Below, piece after piece: positions 29,576-40,279 of a DNA stretch of 64,000 nucleotides. The stretch spans positions 1,216,001 to 1,280,000 of the forward strand of contig CAXXWQ010000004.1 of the NCBI GenBank assembly GCA_963674945.2, given 5' to 3'. Each line of letters starts with the position of its first letter. Positions within the stretch are counted from its first letter, which is position 1. The notes beneath the pieces are model-generated. The model had not been told where the DNA came from. It did not search any database and saw only the letters and a program-made list of their open reading frames with translations. The translations under genes were made by a program, and so were the position numbers. Origin of the DNA: an uncultured Desulfosarcina sp. GTDB lineage: Bacteria > Desulfobacterota > Desulfobacteria > Desulfobacterales > Desulfosarcinaceae.

Positions 29576-29617
29576 AGAAGTCGGTTTTCAATTGGATAAC
29601 CCAAGGGGCTATTTTCT

Positions 29618-30340
29618 ATGCCTTCGGAAAACACAGCGCACACATTCGGAAGTTACCTGAAGGCGTATCGCATGGAACAGGGACTTTCCATTGAAGATAT
29701 TGCCGAAAGGACGAAGATCGCCGTCCACTGCCTTTTTGCCATGGAGGAAGATGATCACGACCGGCTTCCCCCGACTGCCTATGTGAAAAGTTTCATACGC
29801 ACCTACGCCTTGTCGGTGGGGGCCGATGCCGATATGGCTCTCGATCTGTATTTGTCGGAACTTCGAAAACGGGAAAACGAGAAGAAACGATGGCGCCGGC
29901 GACAGGCCAAACTTGGAACGATGCGCCGGACACTGGCCGCCGCCGGTATCATCGTCGCCGTTTTGCTGCTGGTTCGCTACACCAATTTTTTCCTGGATCT
30001 GTCACCACCGACGCCCATGGCGGCACCGGAACCCACAACCATGGAGACCGTCCCCGTTTCCACGCCCCCTGTGACCGATAGTAGGGCAGACAAAGAGAAG
30101 TCGCAGGAAAAGTTGCGACTTCAAATCCTTGCGGTGGAAGATACCTGGCTAAAGATCATCGTCGACGGTCAAAATGCAAGGTCCTACAACCTGAAACCCG
30201 AAGATCGTTTAGAGTTGGAAGGGTCCATCTCTTTCAATGTAATGATCGGCAACGCCACTGGACTCAAAATTCTACTCGATGGAAAACCGGTAAAAATTTT
30301 CGGCAGCAGCGGCCAGGTCGTTAGCCTGAAAATACCATAA
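29618..30340 (+). CDS. rodZ: RodZ-like protein (XRE HTH, TM, DUF4115)
   Basis: FGSYLKAYR..YVKSFIRTYA; TM segment; TWLKIIVDG..IGNATGL. Confidence 0.8.
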   Translation: MPSENTAHTFGSYLKAYRMEQGLSIEDIAERTKIAVHCLFAMEEDDHDRLPPTAYVKSFIRTYALSVGADADMALDLYLSELRKRENEKKRWRRRQAKLGTMRRTLAAAGIIVAVLLLVRYTNFFLDLSPPTPMAAPEPTTMETVPVSTPPVTDSRADKEKSQEKLRLQILAVEDTWLKIIVDGQNARSYNLKPEDRLELEGSISFNVMIGNATGLKILLDGKPVKIFGSSGQVVSLKIP

Positions 30341-30351
30341 GGCAAAAAACC

Positions 30352-31704
30352 ATGCACCAGGACCGACAAAGTATTCTAACGGTCACCACAAAGCGACTGC
30401 TTCGTCGAGGGGCCACGAGCCGCCTTGGCAAAATCATCAACAAGACCCATGGCGCGGATCTGTCCATCCTGTTTCGTTCCCTATCCCACCAGGACCGGCG
30501 ATTCTTGTTCGACATGATCAAAGACGTGCACCAAAAAGGGATCCTCTTAAGCGAACTGGATGAGGATATCTTCATCGCCCTGATCGAGGAAATCGATCCG
30601 GATGAGGTGGTCACCATCCTGGAGGCCATGCCAAACGACGATGTCGCCGATCTGCTCAGCCATCTTCCCGAAGAAACCGCCACGAACCTGCTCAAGCGAA
30701 TGGAAAAAGAGGGGTCCGACGAGGTCGAGGACCTGATGCGCTTCGAAAAGGATACCGCCGGCGGTATCATGAACCCCGACTTCATCGCCCTCAACCAGGA
30801 TATTACGGCCAAAGAGGCCATCGAGCGCATCCAGAAGGAGTTCGCCGATGTGGAGATGCCGTTTTACCTTTACGCGGTGGACGAGTACGGAAACCTGGTG
30901 GGTGTCTGTTCGTTGCGTCAACTGGTTGTGGTCAAGCCACACACCCCCTTGAAATCCTTCATGACGACCGATGTCCTCTCCGTGCAGACCCATGTGGACC
31001 AGGAGGAGGTGGCCAAACTGGTCGCCCGATACGATATTCTGGCCGTACCGGTCGTGGATGACAGCAACCGTCTGGTGGGTATCGTCACCGTGGACGACGT
31101 CATCGATATTTTCCGGGAGGAGGCCACCGAGGACATCTTGAAAATGGCCGGTGTCGGTGAAGAATTCATCGAAACCAAAAGCATTTTCAAAAGCACCCGC
31201 ATTCGCCTCCCCTGGTTGTTCGCCAGTTGTCTGGGAGGCATCTTCGCCTTTTACGTCATCGGCCATTTCGAAACGAGTCTGAGCAAGGTCACCTATCTGG
31301 CCGCCTTCATCCCCGTGATCATGGGTATGGGGGGAAACATCGGCACCCAATCCTCCACCATCGTCGTCCGTGGTCTGGCCACGGGACGACTCAATTTCCG
31401 GGATGTGGGACCGGTGGTGGGAAAGGAGCTCTCCGTAGGTGTAATACTCGGCATGGTTTACGGTCTGCTCATCGGCTCGGTGGCCCAATTGCAATACAAC
31501 ATCTTGATGCTGGCGCTGGCCGTTTGCCTTGCGGTGATCTGCTCCATGTCGGTGGCCGCCCTGGTGGGTTCTTGCGTTCCCATGCTTTTCGCCCGCATCA
31601 ATATCGACCCGGCAGTGGCCACCGGCCCTTTCGTAACCACCTCCATCGATATCATCAGCGTCTATTTCTACTTTACCATCGCCACCGGTTTGCTCGGCGT
31701 ATGA
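30352..31704 (+). CDS. mgtE: Magnesium transporter MgtE
   Basis: CBS pair; GMGGNIGTQS; IDPAVATGPFVTT. Confidence 0.95.
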   Translation: MHQDRQSILTVTTKRLLRRGATSRLGKIINKTHGADLSILFRSLSHQDRRFLFDMIKDVHQKGILLSELDEDIFIALIEEIDPDEVVTILEAMPNDDVADLLSHLPEETATNLLKRMEKEGSDEVEDLMRFEKDTAGGIMNPDFIALNQDITAKEAIERIQKEFADVEMPFYLYAVDEYGNLVGVCSLRQLVVVKPHTPLKSFMTTDVLSVQTHVDQEEVAKLVARYDILAVPVVDDSNRLVGIVTVDDVIDIFREEATEDILKMAGVGEEFIETKSIFKSTRIRLPWLFASCLGGIFAFYVIGHFETSLSKVTYLAAFIPVIMGMGGNIGTQSSTIVVRGLATGRLNFRDVGPVVGKELSVGVILGMVYGLLIGSVAQLQYNILMLALAVCLAVICSMSVAALVGSCVPMLFARINIDPAVATGPFVTTSIDIISVYFYFTIATGLLGV

Positions 31705-31708
31705 CACC

Positions 31709-32497
31709 ATGACCACTTTGAGCACGCCTGCCATTTTGCTTCGCAGAATCGATTTTGGCGACTATGATCTCATCGTAACGTTGTTTACGAAAAACCAGGG
31801 GAAAATCAGCGTCATCGCCAAGTCGGCAAAAAAGAGCGTGAAACGGTTTCCCGGTATACTTGAGCCCTTTTCCCGGTTGGATGTTGTCCTGTCCCAACAA
31901 AAAGGGAAAGGGATGCCGGTGCTTCAGGAGGCCACGCTGGAAGAGCCCTTTTTCAGAATCCGGGAAAACGTCGTTAAAACCGCCTATGCCAGCTATTGGG
32001 CGGAACTGATCTATCTGTGGATGGCCGACGAAGAACCCTTGGCGTCCCTTTACCATTTGATTCTGTATGTCCTGTGCGAACTGGATCACGGGCAGACCCC
32101 CGTAGAGGTGTTGAGTATCCTGTTTCAGATGCGGTTTCTGTCCATTGCGGGTTTTTCTCCCAATTTCGACCATTGCCATGCATGCAAGACATGCCTGGAT
32201 CAAATCCAATACCCAACGGTGGTTTCGGCCATGTCCCAGGGGGGAATCGCCTGCCCCACATGTGGTTTTCCCGCAAACGGACAGATGAAAATTTCCAAGG
32301 GGACACTGAAACAGCTGCTGTGGACCAATGGAGGAGACCTGGAACGCGCCAGTCGCATCCGTTTTGCCCCGGCGGCCATGGAAGAAGGCCTGAAATTCCT
32401 GGAGGCGTTCGTCCCCTATCACCTGGCCAAACGTCCCAAGAGCCTGAAGGTGCTTCGGGCCATCCGGCAGGCGGTGGGCGGTCGGACAACCTGGTGA
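31709..32497 (+). CDS. recO: DNA repair protein RecO
   Basis: AILLRRIDFGDYDLIVTLFT..GKI; CxxC..CxxC zinc finger. Confidence 0.92.
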   Translation: MTTLSTPAILLRRIDFGDYDLIVTLFTKNQGKISVIAKSAKKSVKRFPGILEPFSRLDVVLSQQKGKGMPVLQEATLEEPFFRIRENVVKTAYASYWAELIYLWMADEEPLASLYHLILYVLCELDHGQTPVEVLSILFQMRFLSIAGFSPNFDHCHACKTCLDQIQYPTVVSAMSQGGIACPTCGFPANGQMKISKGTLKQLLWTNGGDLERASRIRFAPAAMEEGLKFLEAFVPYHLAKRPKSLKVLRAIRQAVGGRTTW

Positions 32498-32554
32498 GTG
32501 CCCATCCGGAAATGGCCAATTTCTGGACGAACACTAGGGTAAGAAAGAAAACCA

Positions 32555-33628
32555 ATGACGACAACCACCAGTAAATTTCGTGCAGGCAATCTCAAAGGGC
32601 TTTTGGATCACGGCCCCGTAACCGCGTCCGCTCCCTGCCGCGTCGACTTTGGAGGGACACTGGATATCGCCAGTTTCCACTATCCATTACGGGAAATGGC
32701 CCCTGCCACGGTCAATATCGCCATCGATCTTCGCACGACCGTCACCCTGCAGCCCGGCGATGAAGACGGTATTCGCATCTCGTCCAGGGGGTTCCCCGAC
32801 GCCGTGTTCCCCCCTGCCGGGGCGCCGTATCGCCATCCACTGGGACTCATGTTTGCCGTGGCCGACTATTTCGGCGCAAACCGCGTACACATCGATATTC
32901 ACAGTGCATCTCCCCCGAGGAGCGGTTTGGGAGGCTCCTCCGTTGCAGCCGTGGCATTGATCGCCGCTTTTTGGAAAGTCCTCGGTTTGAAACAAAAAGA
33001 AAAAATGGACCGTAGGAGTATCGCCCTTCTCGCCCATTTCATCGAACAGGCGGTGGCAGGTGTGCCATGCGGCCAACAGGATCAGCTGGCCGCCGTGTTC
33101 GGCGGCGTGAACCGATGGGACTGGCCTGCGGATCCACGGCGTCCACCTTTCATACAAAGGCCCCTTTTGCGAAAAGAGGCCGCGGCCCGATTGAATCCTC
33201 ACCTTTTGGTGGCCTACCTGGGTGTCACCCATGAGAGCAAGGATGTGAACGGCACCTGGATTCGACAATTCATCGACGGAAAGAGTCGTAAAGAGTGGCA
33301 TGAGATCGTCCACTTGACCCACGAATTCGCCGGTGCCCTCGAAAGCTGGGACATTGCGGCGGCAGTGGATGCCATGCGCCGGGAGACCGCCATTCGAAAA
33401 GCAATGACGCCTGACGTCCTGAACGATGTTGGCGATTGGCTTGTGGCGGCTGCCGTTACCGCCGGGTGCGGCGCACGGTTTACCGGCGCCGGGGGAGGCG
33501 GCTGCCTGTGGGCCATCGGCCAGGTCAATGACATCGCCATGCTGAAAACGGCCTGGAAACAGATTCTCGACGAACAGCCCACCGCCCGACTGCTCGACTG
33601 CCGGGTGGATGCCGAAGGTGTCATCTGA
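32555..33628 (+). CDS. GHMP-family sugar kinase (HddA/galactokinase-like)
   Basis: APCRVDFGGTLD, PPRSGLGGSS, GQQDQ, GARFTGAGGGG. Confidence 0.85.
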   Translation: MTTTTSKFRAGNLKGLLDHGPVTASAPCRVDFGGTLDIASFHYPLREMAPATVNIAIDLRTTVTLQPGDEDGIRISSRGFPDAVFPPAGAPYRHPLGLMFAVADYFGANRVHIDIHSASPPRSGLGGSSVAAVALIAAFWKVLGLKQKEKMDRRSIALLAHFIEQAVAGVPCGQQDQLAAVFGGVNRWDWPADPRRPPFIQRPLLRKEAAARLNPHLLVAYLGVTHESKDVNGTWIRQFIDGKSRKEWHEIVHLTHEFAGALESWDIAAAVDAMRRETAIRKAMTPDVLNDVGDWLVAAAVTAGCGARFTGAGGGGCLWAIGQVNDIAMLKTAWKQILDEQPTARLLDCRVDAEGVI

Positions 33629-33738
33629 ATGATGGATGGACTCTTGTGAAACGCCACCGATGATGTTACGTATGGCGTTTATCGGATTGCATCGTCGGAT
33701 GTCACAATCCAAATCGATAGTTCAAAATGTCAATGGAT

Positions 33739-33890
33739 GATGAACTCGCAAAAAGTCGGGTTTCGGACGGTTTCGTAAAAGGTTCGAGATCAAGGCTTGC
33801 GAGTCCCGAGGAATGAGGCGTACATATAGTACTCCGCAGTGACGAGGGATGAAGCGTAACGCCGATATCGGACTTTTTACGAAGCCGCCA
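33739..33890. repeat. MITE/REP-like repeat family B, copy 1
   Basis: About 150 bp, highly similar to 58638-58789; inner inverted ends GACGGTTTCGTAAAA / TTTTTACGAAGCCGCC. Confidence 0.85.
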
Positions 33891-33924
33891 ATGGGCGACG
33901 CAGGAAACGGATCGAGGACAACAC

Positions 33925-34806
33925 ATGAATTTTCAAAATGTGATTCTCACACTGGATAAGTTTTGGGCCAATCGGGGCTGTGTTGTCGTGCAGCCCTATG
34001 ATCTGGAAGTGGGCGCCGGGACATTTCACCACCACACCACATTGAAGGCACTGGGCCCCGAGCCCTGGGATGTGGCGTACGTGCAACCCTCAAGGCGACC
34101 CACTGACGGGCGGTATGGCGAGAATCCCAATCGTCTGCAGCACTACTACCAGTATCAGGTACTGCTCAAACCATCCCCCACCGATGTCCAGCAGCTCTAC
34201 CTCAAAAGCCTGAAGGCACTGGGCATCGATCCATTGGCCCACGACATCCGTTTCGTGGAGGATGACTGGGAATCGCCGACGCTCGGTGCTTCCGGTCTGG
34301 GCTGGGAGGTGTGGCTAGACGGCATGGAATGCACGCAATTCACCTACTTTCAGCAGGCATGCAGCATGGAGCTGTCACCGGTTTCCGTGGAACTGACCTA
34401 TGGGTTGGAGCGCATCGCCATGTACCTTCAGGGTATCGATAATGTCTATGACCTGAAATGGAACGATACGGTGACCTATGGCCAGGTTCACCACCAGCAG
34501 GAGGTTGAGCAGTCCACCTATAACTTTGAAAAGGCCGATGTGGATATGCTGCTTTCCCTTTTCAACCAGTACGAAGCCGAGGCGACACGGATCATCGAAG
34601 ACGGACTGGTTCTGCCGGCCTATGAATTCACCTTGAAGTGCAGCCACACTTTCAATCTGCTGGATGCCCGGGGGGCCATCAGTGTCACCGAGCGGACCGG
34701 ATACATCGCCCGGATCCGAAACCTGGCGCGGGCCTGCGGCACCGCTTATCTATCGCAGCGGGAGGCCATGGGCTTTCCCCTGCTGAAAAAAGGTGAAGTG
34801 AGGTGA
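33925..34806 (+). CDS. glyQ: Glycine--tRNA ligase alpha subunit
   Basis: [44 protein letters not shown]. Confidence 0.98.
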   Translation: MNFQNVILTLDKFWANRGCVVVQPYDLEVGAGTFHHHTTLKALGPEPWDVAYVQPSRRPTDGRYGENPNRLQHYYQYQVLLKPSPTDVQQLYLKSLKALGIDPLAHDIRFVEDDWESPTLGASGLGWEVWLDGMECTQFTYFQQACSMELSPVSVELTYGLERIAMYLQGIDNVYDLKWNDTVTYGQVHHQQEVEQSTYNFEKADVDMLLSLFNQYEAEATRIIEDGLVLPAYEFTLKCSHTFNLLDARGAISVTERTGYIARIRNLARACGTAYLSQREAMGFPLLKKGEVR

Positions 34807-34808
34807 AC

Positions 34809-36884
34809 ATGGATACCCTATTGCTCGAAATCGGTGCCGAAGAGATACCGGCCGGCTACATCCAGCCGGCCCTTACCGCGCTTGCCAACAATCTGATCAA
34901 ACGACTGGACGATGCGCGCATCGACCACGGCCAGGCATATACCTGCGGCACGCCGCGGCGATTGACGGTAAGCATCGCGAAAGTAGCGCCAAAACAGACG
35001 ACGATTACCGAAGAGCTGATGGGACCGCCGGAAAAAATCGCCTTCGACGGCGACGGCAATCCCACGGTTCCTGCCGTAAAATTCGCCGAGAAAGCCGGCG
35101 TTGCGATCAGCCGCCTGAAGGTAATCGAAACACAAAAGGGTCGCTACTTGAGCGCCCGCAAGACCGATCGCGGCAAGGCGACCATGACGCTGCTCAAGAC
35201 CATCTTGCCCGAAACGATCCTGGCCACCCCGTTTCCCAAGAGCATGCACTGGTCGGATCTTACCATCCACTTCGCCCGCCCCATCCAGAGCATCGTGGCC
35301 CTGTACGGTTCCAAGGTGGTCACATTCACACTGGGCGGCCGGATCAAAAGCGGTCGCCGCGCACTGGGACACATGTTCATGCATCCGGGAAAGGTCACCA
35401 TCGGTACTCCGGACCAATATGAATCGGCCATGGCCCAGGCCCATGTGGTGGTGGATATCGAAAAACGAAAGGCAATGACCGCCGATGCCGTAGCCGGGGC
35501 AGCCGGGGCCATTGGCGGGCAGGTGCTTCCCGATGAGGAACTCTTGGACATCGTCACCAACCTCGTGGAGACACCCATCGCCACGGCAGGCAGATTCGAC
35601 GATCTTTTCCTGGAAGTTCCCAGAGAAATTCTCATCACGGCCATGAGGGAACACCAGAAGTACTTCGCCATCATGGACGATGCAGGCAACCTCATGCCCG
35701 GCTTCATCGCCGTCAACAACACCCGTACACGGGACATGGACCTCGTATCCAAGGGGCATGAACGGGTGCTGCGGGCCAGGCTTTCCGATGCCCGCTATTT
35801 CTATACGGCCGACATCAAGATGTCCATGGAAGCGTGGGTAGAAAAACTCAAAGGCGTGCTCTTTCAGGCCAAGCTGGGCAGCATGTATGACAAAGTCATG
35901 CGCGTCGAAACCCTTGCCGGATGGCTGGCCGACCGGATCGATCCCAATCTCAAAGGAAAGGTTCTACGGGCCGCCCGACTGTGCAAGGCCGATCTTGTAA
36001 GTCAGGTGGTCGGCGAGTTTGCCAAGCTACAGGGCGTCATGGGGCGAATCTACGCCCAGGTGGCCGGAGAAGAACCGGATGTGGCCGCGGCCATCGAAGA
36101 ACACTACCGCCCGACCCACAGCGGCGGACAATTGCCAGAGACCGAAACCGGCGCCCTGCTCTCCATCGCCGAAAAAGTCGATTCCATCTGTGGCTGCTTT
36201 TCCGTTGGGCTGATCCCCACCGGCGCGGCCGACCCCTATGCCCTGCGCCGCCAGGGGATCGGGATACTGCAGATCATCCGCAGCCGAAATTATCATGTTT
36301 CCCTTTCCGGACTGGTGGAAAAGGGGGTATCCCAATTCGCCGATAAGCGGACCGAATCGCAGGAAAAAACCACGGACGCCATATTGACCTTTCTGAAAAA
36401 CCGCCTCTTCGGCATGCTGGCGGACCAGGGACTGAGCAAGGACGTCATCGCCGCGGTGATCAGTGCATCGGCAGACCAAATCCCCGATGTCCACAGACGA
36501 AGTGTCGCCCTGGAAAAACTCAAGGGAAAACCGGATTTCGAACCGCTGGCCACTGCCTTCAAACGGGTGGAAAACATCTTAAAAAAGGCGGCCGTGACGG
36601 CCACCGCACCCGTCGATGCAACCCTTTTCGAACACCCAACAGAAGGCGACCTCTACGCGGCCTGCCAATCGGTATCGGAAAAGGTGGACGACCTCATGGG
36701 ACGGGGAGACCTGGACAGCGCCCTCGGCATCATCGCCACATTGCGTGATCCCGTCGACGCCTTCTTCGACGATGTGATGGTCATGGCCGAAGACGAAGCG
36801 GTCCGGAACAACCGCCTGGCCCTTTTGGTCGCCATCTCGGACATCTTCGGCCAGATCGCCGATTTCTCCCAGATCTCCACCTGA
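34809..36884 (+). CDS. glyS: Glycine--tRNA ligase beta subunit
   Basis: LLLEIGAEEIP, TPRRL, HQKYF, RARLSDA, LQGVMG, DPYALRR, NRLALL. Confidence 0.97.
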   Translation: MDTLLLEIGAEEIPAGYIQPALTALANNLIKRLDDARIDHGQAYTCGTPRRLTVSIAKVAPKQTTITEELMGPPEKIAFDGDGNPTVPAVKFAEKAGVAISRLKVIETQKGRYLSARKTDRGKATMTLLKTILPETILATPFPKSMHWSDLTIHFARPIQSIVALYGSKVVTFTLGGRIKSGRRALGHMFMHPGKVTIGTPDQYESAMAQAHVVVDIEKRKAMTADAVAGAAGAIGGQVLPDEELLDIVTNLVETPIATAGRFDDLFLEVPREILITAMREHQKYFAIMDDAGNLMPGFIAVNNTRTRDMDLVSKGHERVLRARLSDARYFYTADIKMSMEAWVEKLKGVLFQAKLGSMYDKVMRVETLAGWLADRIDPNLKGKVLRAARLCKADLVSQVVGEFAKLQGVMGRIYAQVAGEEPDVAAAIEEHYRPTHSGGQLPETETGALLSIAEKVDSICGCFSVGLIPTGAADPYALRRQGIGILQIIRSRNYHVSLSGLVEKGVSQFADKRTESQEKTTDAILTFLKNRLFGMLADQGLSKDVIAAVISASADQIPDVHRRSVALEKLKGKPDFEPLATAFKRVENILKKAAVTATAPVDATLFEHPTEGDLYAACQSVSEKVDDLMGRGDLDSALGIIATLRDPVDAFFDDVMVMAEDEAVRNNRLALLVAISDIFGQIADFSQIST

Positions 36885-36993
36885 TACGAATTTGAAATTT
36901 CAAATGATCCATGTGGCTTTCGCCAAAGATCAGGACAACTAAAAAAATTGCCTATCGACGCCTTTTATTTGAAAGATGAGCAAGGAGTAAGCA

Positions 36994-37248
36994 ATGCCTT
37001 TTGACCCAAACAAAGACAAAGTACTGAAAAAATGGAAATGTGAGGAGACCGGTCTGGTCGTCACCATCAACCAGTACGATCAAGGAGAGGCAAAGGTTCA
37101 GATCGGTCCACGCATCCTAAAGAAAAAGGATGGAACCGATCGTGCACCGGTCAAAGCGGGTCGGCTCACCATCGAAGACATCCTCTGGTTGTACGACACC
37201 ATGGACGAGATCAAAGATGAGCTGACCGACCTCCAGCGGCCCACCTAA
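36994..37248 (+). CDS. Hypothetical protein
   Basis: 84-aa ORF with strong RBS AAGGAG. Confidence 0.7.
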   Translation: MPFDPNKDKVLKKWKCEETGLVVTINQYDQGEAKVQIGPRILKKKDGTDRAPVKAGRLTIEDILWLYDTMDEIKDELTDLQRPT

Positions 37249-37283
37249 GTACATCTGATCGTAAATATGAAGACGTATTCTTT

Positions 37284-37332
37284 CACCACAGAGACAGAGA
37301 AAATATTGCAAAATAAACAAGCCTCTGTGGTG
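37284..37332. repeat. Short inverted repeat CACCACAGAG / CTCTGTGGTG
   Basis: Perfect 10-bp arms separated by 29 nt in an intergenic region. Confidence 0.55.
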
Positions 37333-37445
37333 GTTTCATTGATTATCGCAATACGTCACCATACATATGATTAAAGGCACTAAGGGTTCCGTTTTTCCCG
37401 ACGACCGATAACACCGCCCAAAAGTTTTCTCGCAAAGCCGAAATT

Positions 37446-38189
37446 ATGCCCGACCGCCGTGCAATCGTAAACCCCGTGAAGGGAAAAAATCCACCGGAAA
37501 CAGGATCCATGGCCATCCTCGCGGCCACACAGGGTGATCTGGAACAATTGACCCGAATGGCCCAATTGCCACTGGTGGAACATCGCAAGCTATACATGAG
37601 CAAACTTTTCGTGTATGCCCGAAAGGGGATTCGCCATTGTATCGTCGGCCCGTTCATCGGAGCCCCCTATGCCGCCATGATCGTCGAATCGCTCTGGGCT
37701 TGGGGTGTGAAGCAGATCCTATTCATCGGTTGGTGCGGTGCCGTCTCCCCCAGGGTAAAGGCCGGGGATATCATTGTTCCCACCGGTGCCATGGTGGAAG
37801 AGGGAACCTCCGGTCTCTATTGTGATCCCTCTTGTCGGGTGGCCCTTCCCACCCGAAGGATGACGGACCAAACGAAAAAGGCCCTGTTGCGCCACGACGC
37901 CCCCTACCACGAGGGGTCCGTCTGGACCACTGACGCCATCTTCCGGGAAACCGTCGAGAAGGTGAAGCACTATCAATCCAAGGGTGCCCTGGCCGTCGAA
38001 ATGGAGCTGTCCGCCATCTTCACGGTGGCGGATTTTCGTCAAATGGCGGCGGCCGGCATCCTGGTGGTTTCCGACGAAGTGTCCGACTATCAATGGCGCC
38101 CGGGATTCAATCGACCGGACTTTGCCGAAGCAAGGGAAAAAACCTGCCGGGCGGCGATCACCCTGGCAACCTCTCTGGGAAAAGAATGA
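37446..38189 (+). CDS. Nucleoside phosphorylase (PNP/UDP family 1)
   Basis: IGAPYAA..E, GWCGA, EGTS, WTTDAIFRET, AVEME, VVSD. Confidence 0.88.
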   Translation: MPDRRAIVNPVKGKNPPETGSMAILAATQGDLEQLTRMAQLPLVEHRKLYMSKLFVYARKGIRHCIVGPFIGAPYAAMIVESLWAWGVKQILFIGWCGAVSPRVKAGDIIVPTGAMVEEGTSGLYCDPSCRVALPTRRMTDQTKKALLRHDAPYHEGSVWTTDAIFRETVEKVKHYQSKGALAVEMELSAIFTVADFRQMAAAGILVVSDEVSDYQWRPGFNRPDFAEAREKTCRAAITLATSLGKE

Positions 38190-40033
38190 GCGACCCCAAG
38201 ACAAATGAACTGGTCGAGCAGTTGAAAATCTACAACCAGGCCTATCGCCAGGGCAGTCCCATGGTGTCCGACGCCGAATACGACGCCCTGGTGGAACAGC
38301 TGCGGGCCATTGCCCCCGGCCACCCTTACCTTTCGGCCGTGGAGCCGGAGCAATTCCCCGGACGGCAGAAGGTTTTCCATCCGGCTCCCATGCTCTCCAT
38401 CGAAAAAGCCTACAGCGGCGAACAGTTGGAACGCTTCGTGGAGCGGGTGAACAAGACGGCCCAGGCAGTCGATGTCGCGGACGTTCTCTTCCGGCTCATG
38501 CCCAAACTGGACGGACTGGCCGGTCGGGACGATGGTGAGATCTTCGCTACCCGGGGAGACGGCCTTTCGGGATATGAGATTTCCAGCGCCTTTGCCAAAG
38601 GCGTGATTCCCATCGGCGGACGCGGCCAGGGAATGGGAGAAATCGTGGTGGTCAAATCCTACTTCGACGAGAAGATGGCCCGATTTTTCGAGCATCCCCG
38701 CAACATGGTGGTGGGCATCGTCACGTCGGATATTCTCAACGAAAATGCGAAGATCGCACTAAACGACGGCATGGTCCATTTTGTTCCGTATGTTCAGGTC
38801 GACGCCATAACCGTCGACGGGACCCGTTTGGTCGAAGAACGCCGGAAGCTGATGCAAGACCTGCTGGAAAACGTGGATTATCCGACGGACGGAATCGTCG
38901 CCGAGGTGATCGACGAACGGATCAGATCGGCCATGGGCGCCACCGCCCATCACTACCGCTGGCAGATCGCCATCAAGACCAAGGGTGAGACGGCGGAAAC
39001 GACGGTGACCGGCATCCAATGGCAGGTGGGCCGGACGGGCAATGTCACCCCGGTGATGGAGGTGGCGCCGGTCTTGTTGTCCGGTGCGACCATCCGTCGG
39101 GTGACCGCCCACCATGCCGGCAACATCCGGAACCTCGCCATCGGTCTTGGCACCCGCATCGAGGTGATCCGAAGCGGTGAGGTAATTCCCAAACTGGAGA
39201 ATATTGTCGAACCCGCAGGGGATGTACAACTGCCCGAGCGCTGTCCCAGTTGCGATCAGCCGCTTACGTGGGAAAATGATTTCCTCAAGTGTAAGAATCC
39301 ACAGTGCCGTGCCCAGATCGAGCAGGGCATGGTGCACTGGTTCCGCATCCTGGGAAATGCCGACTGGTTCGGCCCCAAAACCATCGCGAAAATCGTCGAA
39401 AACGGGCACCGGGACCTGGCGGCACTCTATGGCCTGGGGCAAAACGATTTCGAAGAAATGGGGTTTGGGCCGGTGCAGTCCAGGAACCTGGCCGACGCCA
39501 TCGCCCAGAGCCTCGCCCACCCCGTGGAGGACTGGCGTTTGTTGGCCGCCTTCGGCATCTCGAACCTGGGTACCGGGGACAGCCGCAAGTTGCTGGAGCA
39601 CGTCACCATCGACGATGTTCTCAGCCTGACCCAAGATCAGATTAAGGGAATAAAGGGATTCGGTGAGATTACAAGCAGCAGCATCATTTCCGACCTTATA
39701 CGGCTAAGACCCCTGATTTCCCATATGCTCGATTTGGGATTCAATCTGCGCCGCACCCCCCTCATATCGGAAAAAGAGTTGTCCGACAGCCCCATCGCTG
39801 GAAAGGGGATCGTCTTTTCCGGAAAGATGGTTCACGGCTCCCGCCAGGCCATGCAAACGGAGGCGGCGGCATTGGGTGCACGGGTGCTAACGGCCGTCAG
39901 CGGCACGACAGACTATCTGGTCTGCGGCGAGAATGTGGGGGCGACCAAAAAGACGAAGGCGGAAAAGCTGGGGGTGACCCTGCTCACCGAAGAGCAATAC
40001 CGCGCAATGATCGAGGTGGGTGATCGCATGTAG
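38186..40033 (+). CDS. ligA: NAD-dependent DNA ligase (divergent, compact)
   Basis: Ia SDAEYD, KLDG adenylation motif, ATRGDG, WQVGRTG OB fold, C4 zinc finger, HhH, BRCT. Confidence 0.88.
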   Translation: MSDPKTNELVEQLKIYNQAYRQGSPMVSDAEYDALVEQLRAIAPGHPYLSAVEPEQFPGRQKVFHPAPMLSIEKAYSGEQLERFVERVNKTAQAVDVADVLFRLMPKLDGLAGRDDGEIFATRGDGLSGYEISSAFAKGVIPIGGRGQGMGEIVVVKSYFDEKMARFFEHPRNMVVGIVTSDILNENAKIALNDGMVHFVPYVQVDAITVDGTRLVEERRKLMQDLLENVDYPTDGIVAEVIDERIRSAMGATAHHYRWQIAIKTKGETAETTVTGIQWQVGRTGNVTPVMEVAPVLLSGATIRRVTAHHAGNIRNLAIGLGTRIEVIRSGEVIPKLENIVEPAGDVQLPERCPSCDQPLTWENDFLKCKNPQCRAQIEQGMVHWFRILGNADWFGPKTIAKIVENGHRDLAALYGLGQNDFEEMGFGPVQSRNLADAIAQSLAHPVEDWRLLAAFGISNLGTGDSRKLLEHVTIDDVLSLTQDQIKGIKGFGEITSSSIISDLIRLRPLISHMLDLGFNLRRTPLISEKELSDSPIAGKGIVFSGKMVHGSRQAMQTEAAALGARVLTAVSGTTDYLVCGENVGATKKTKAEKLGVTLLTEEQYRAMIEVGDRM

Positions 40034-40279
40034 ATTTGATACAGGGCATCGGCTTGTCCTGCTGAACACGGGGAAAGCGGGAGAAAGCACCCATAGTGAG
40101 ATAGCGTGCCTAAAGTTAATGTATTCTGCCTTTTTATATAAAACGGCGGAGTGAAACGACTCATGAACTTCAGTGCACTTTGGGCACTTTCGTTCACGAT
40201 ATCATCGCTACTTGCGATTCCCCTGCATGATCTAACGGTGATCCTTGAATCGAGTGTTCCTCATAATTTAAACAAACAA

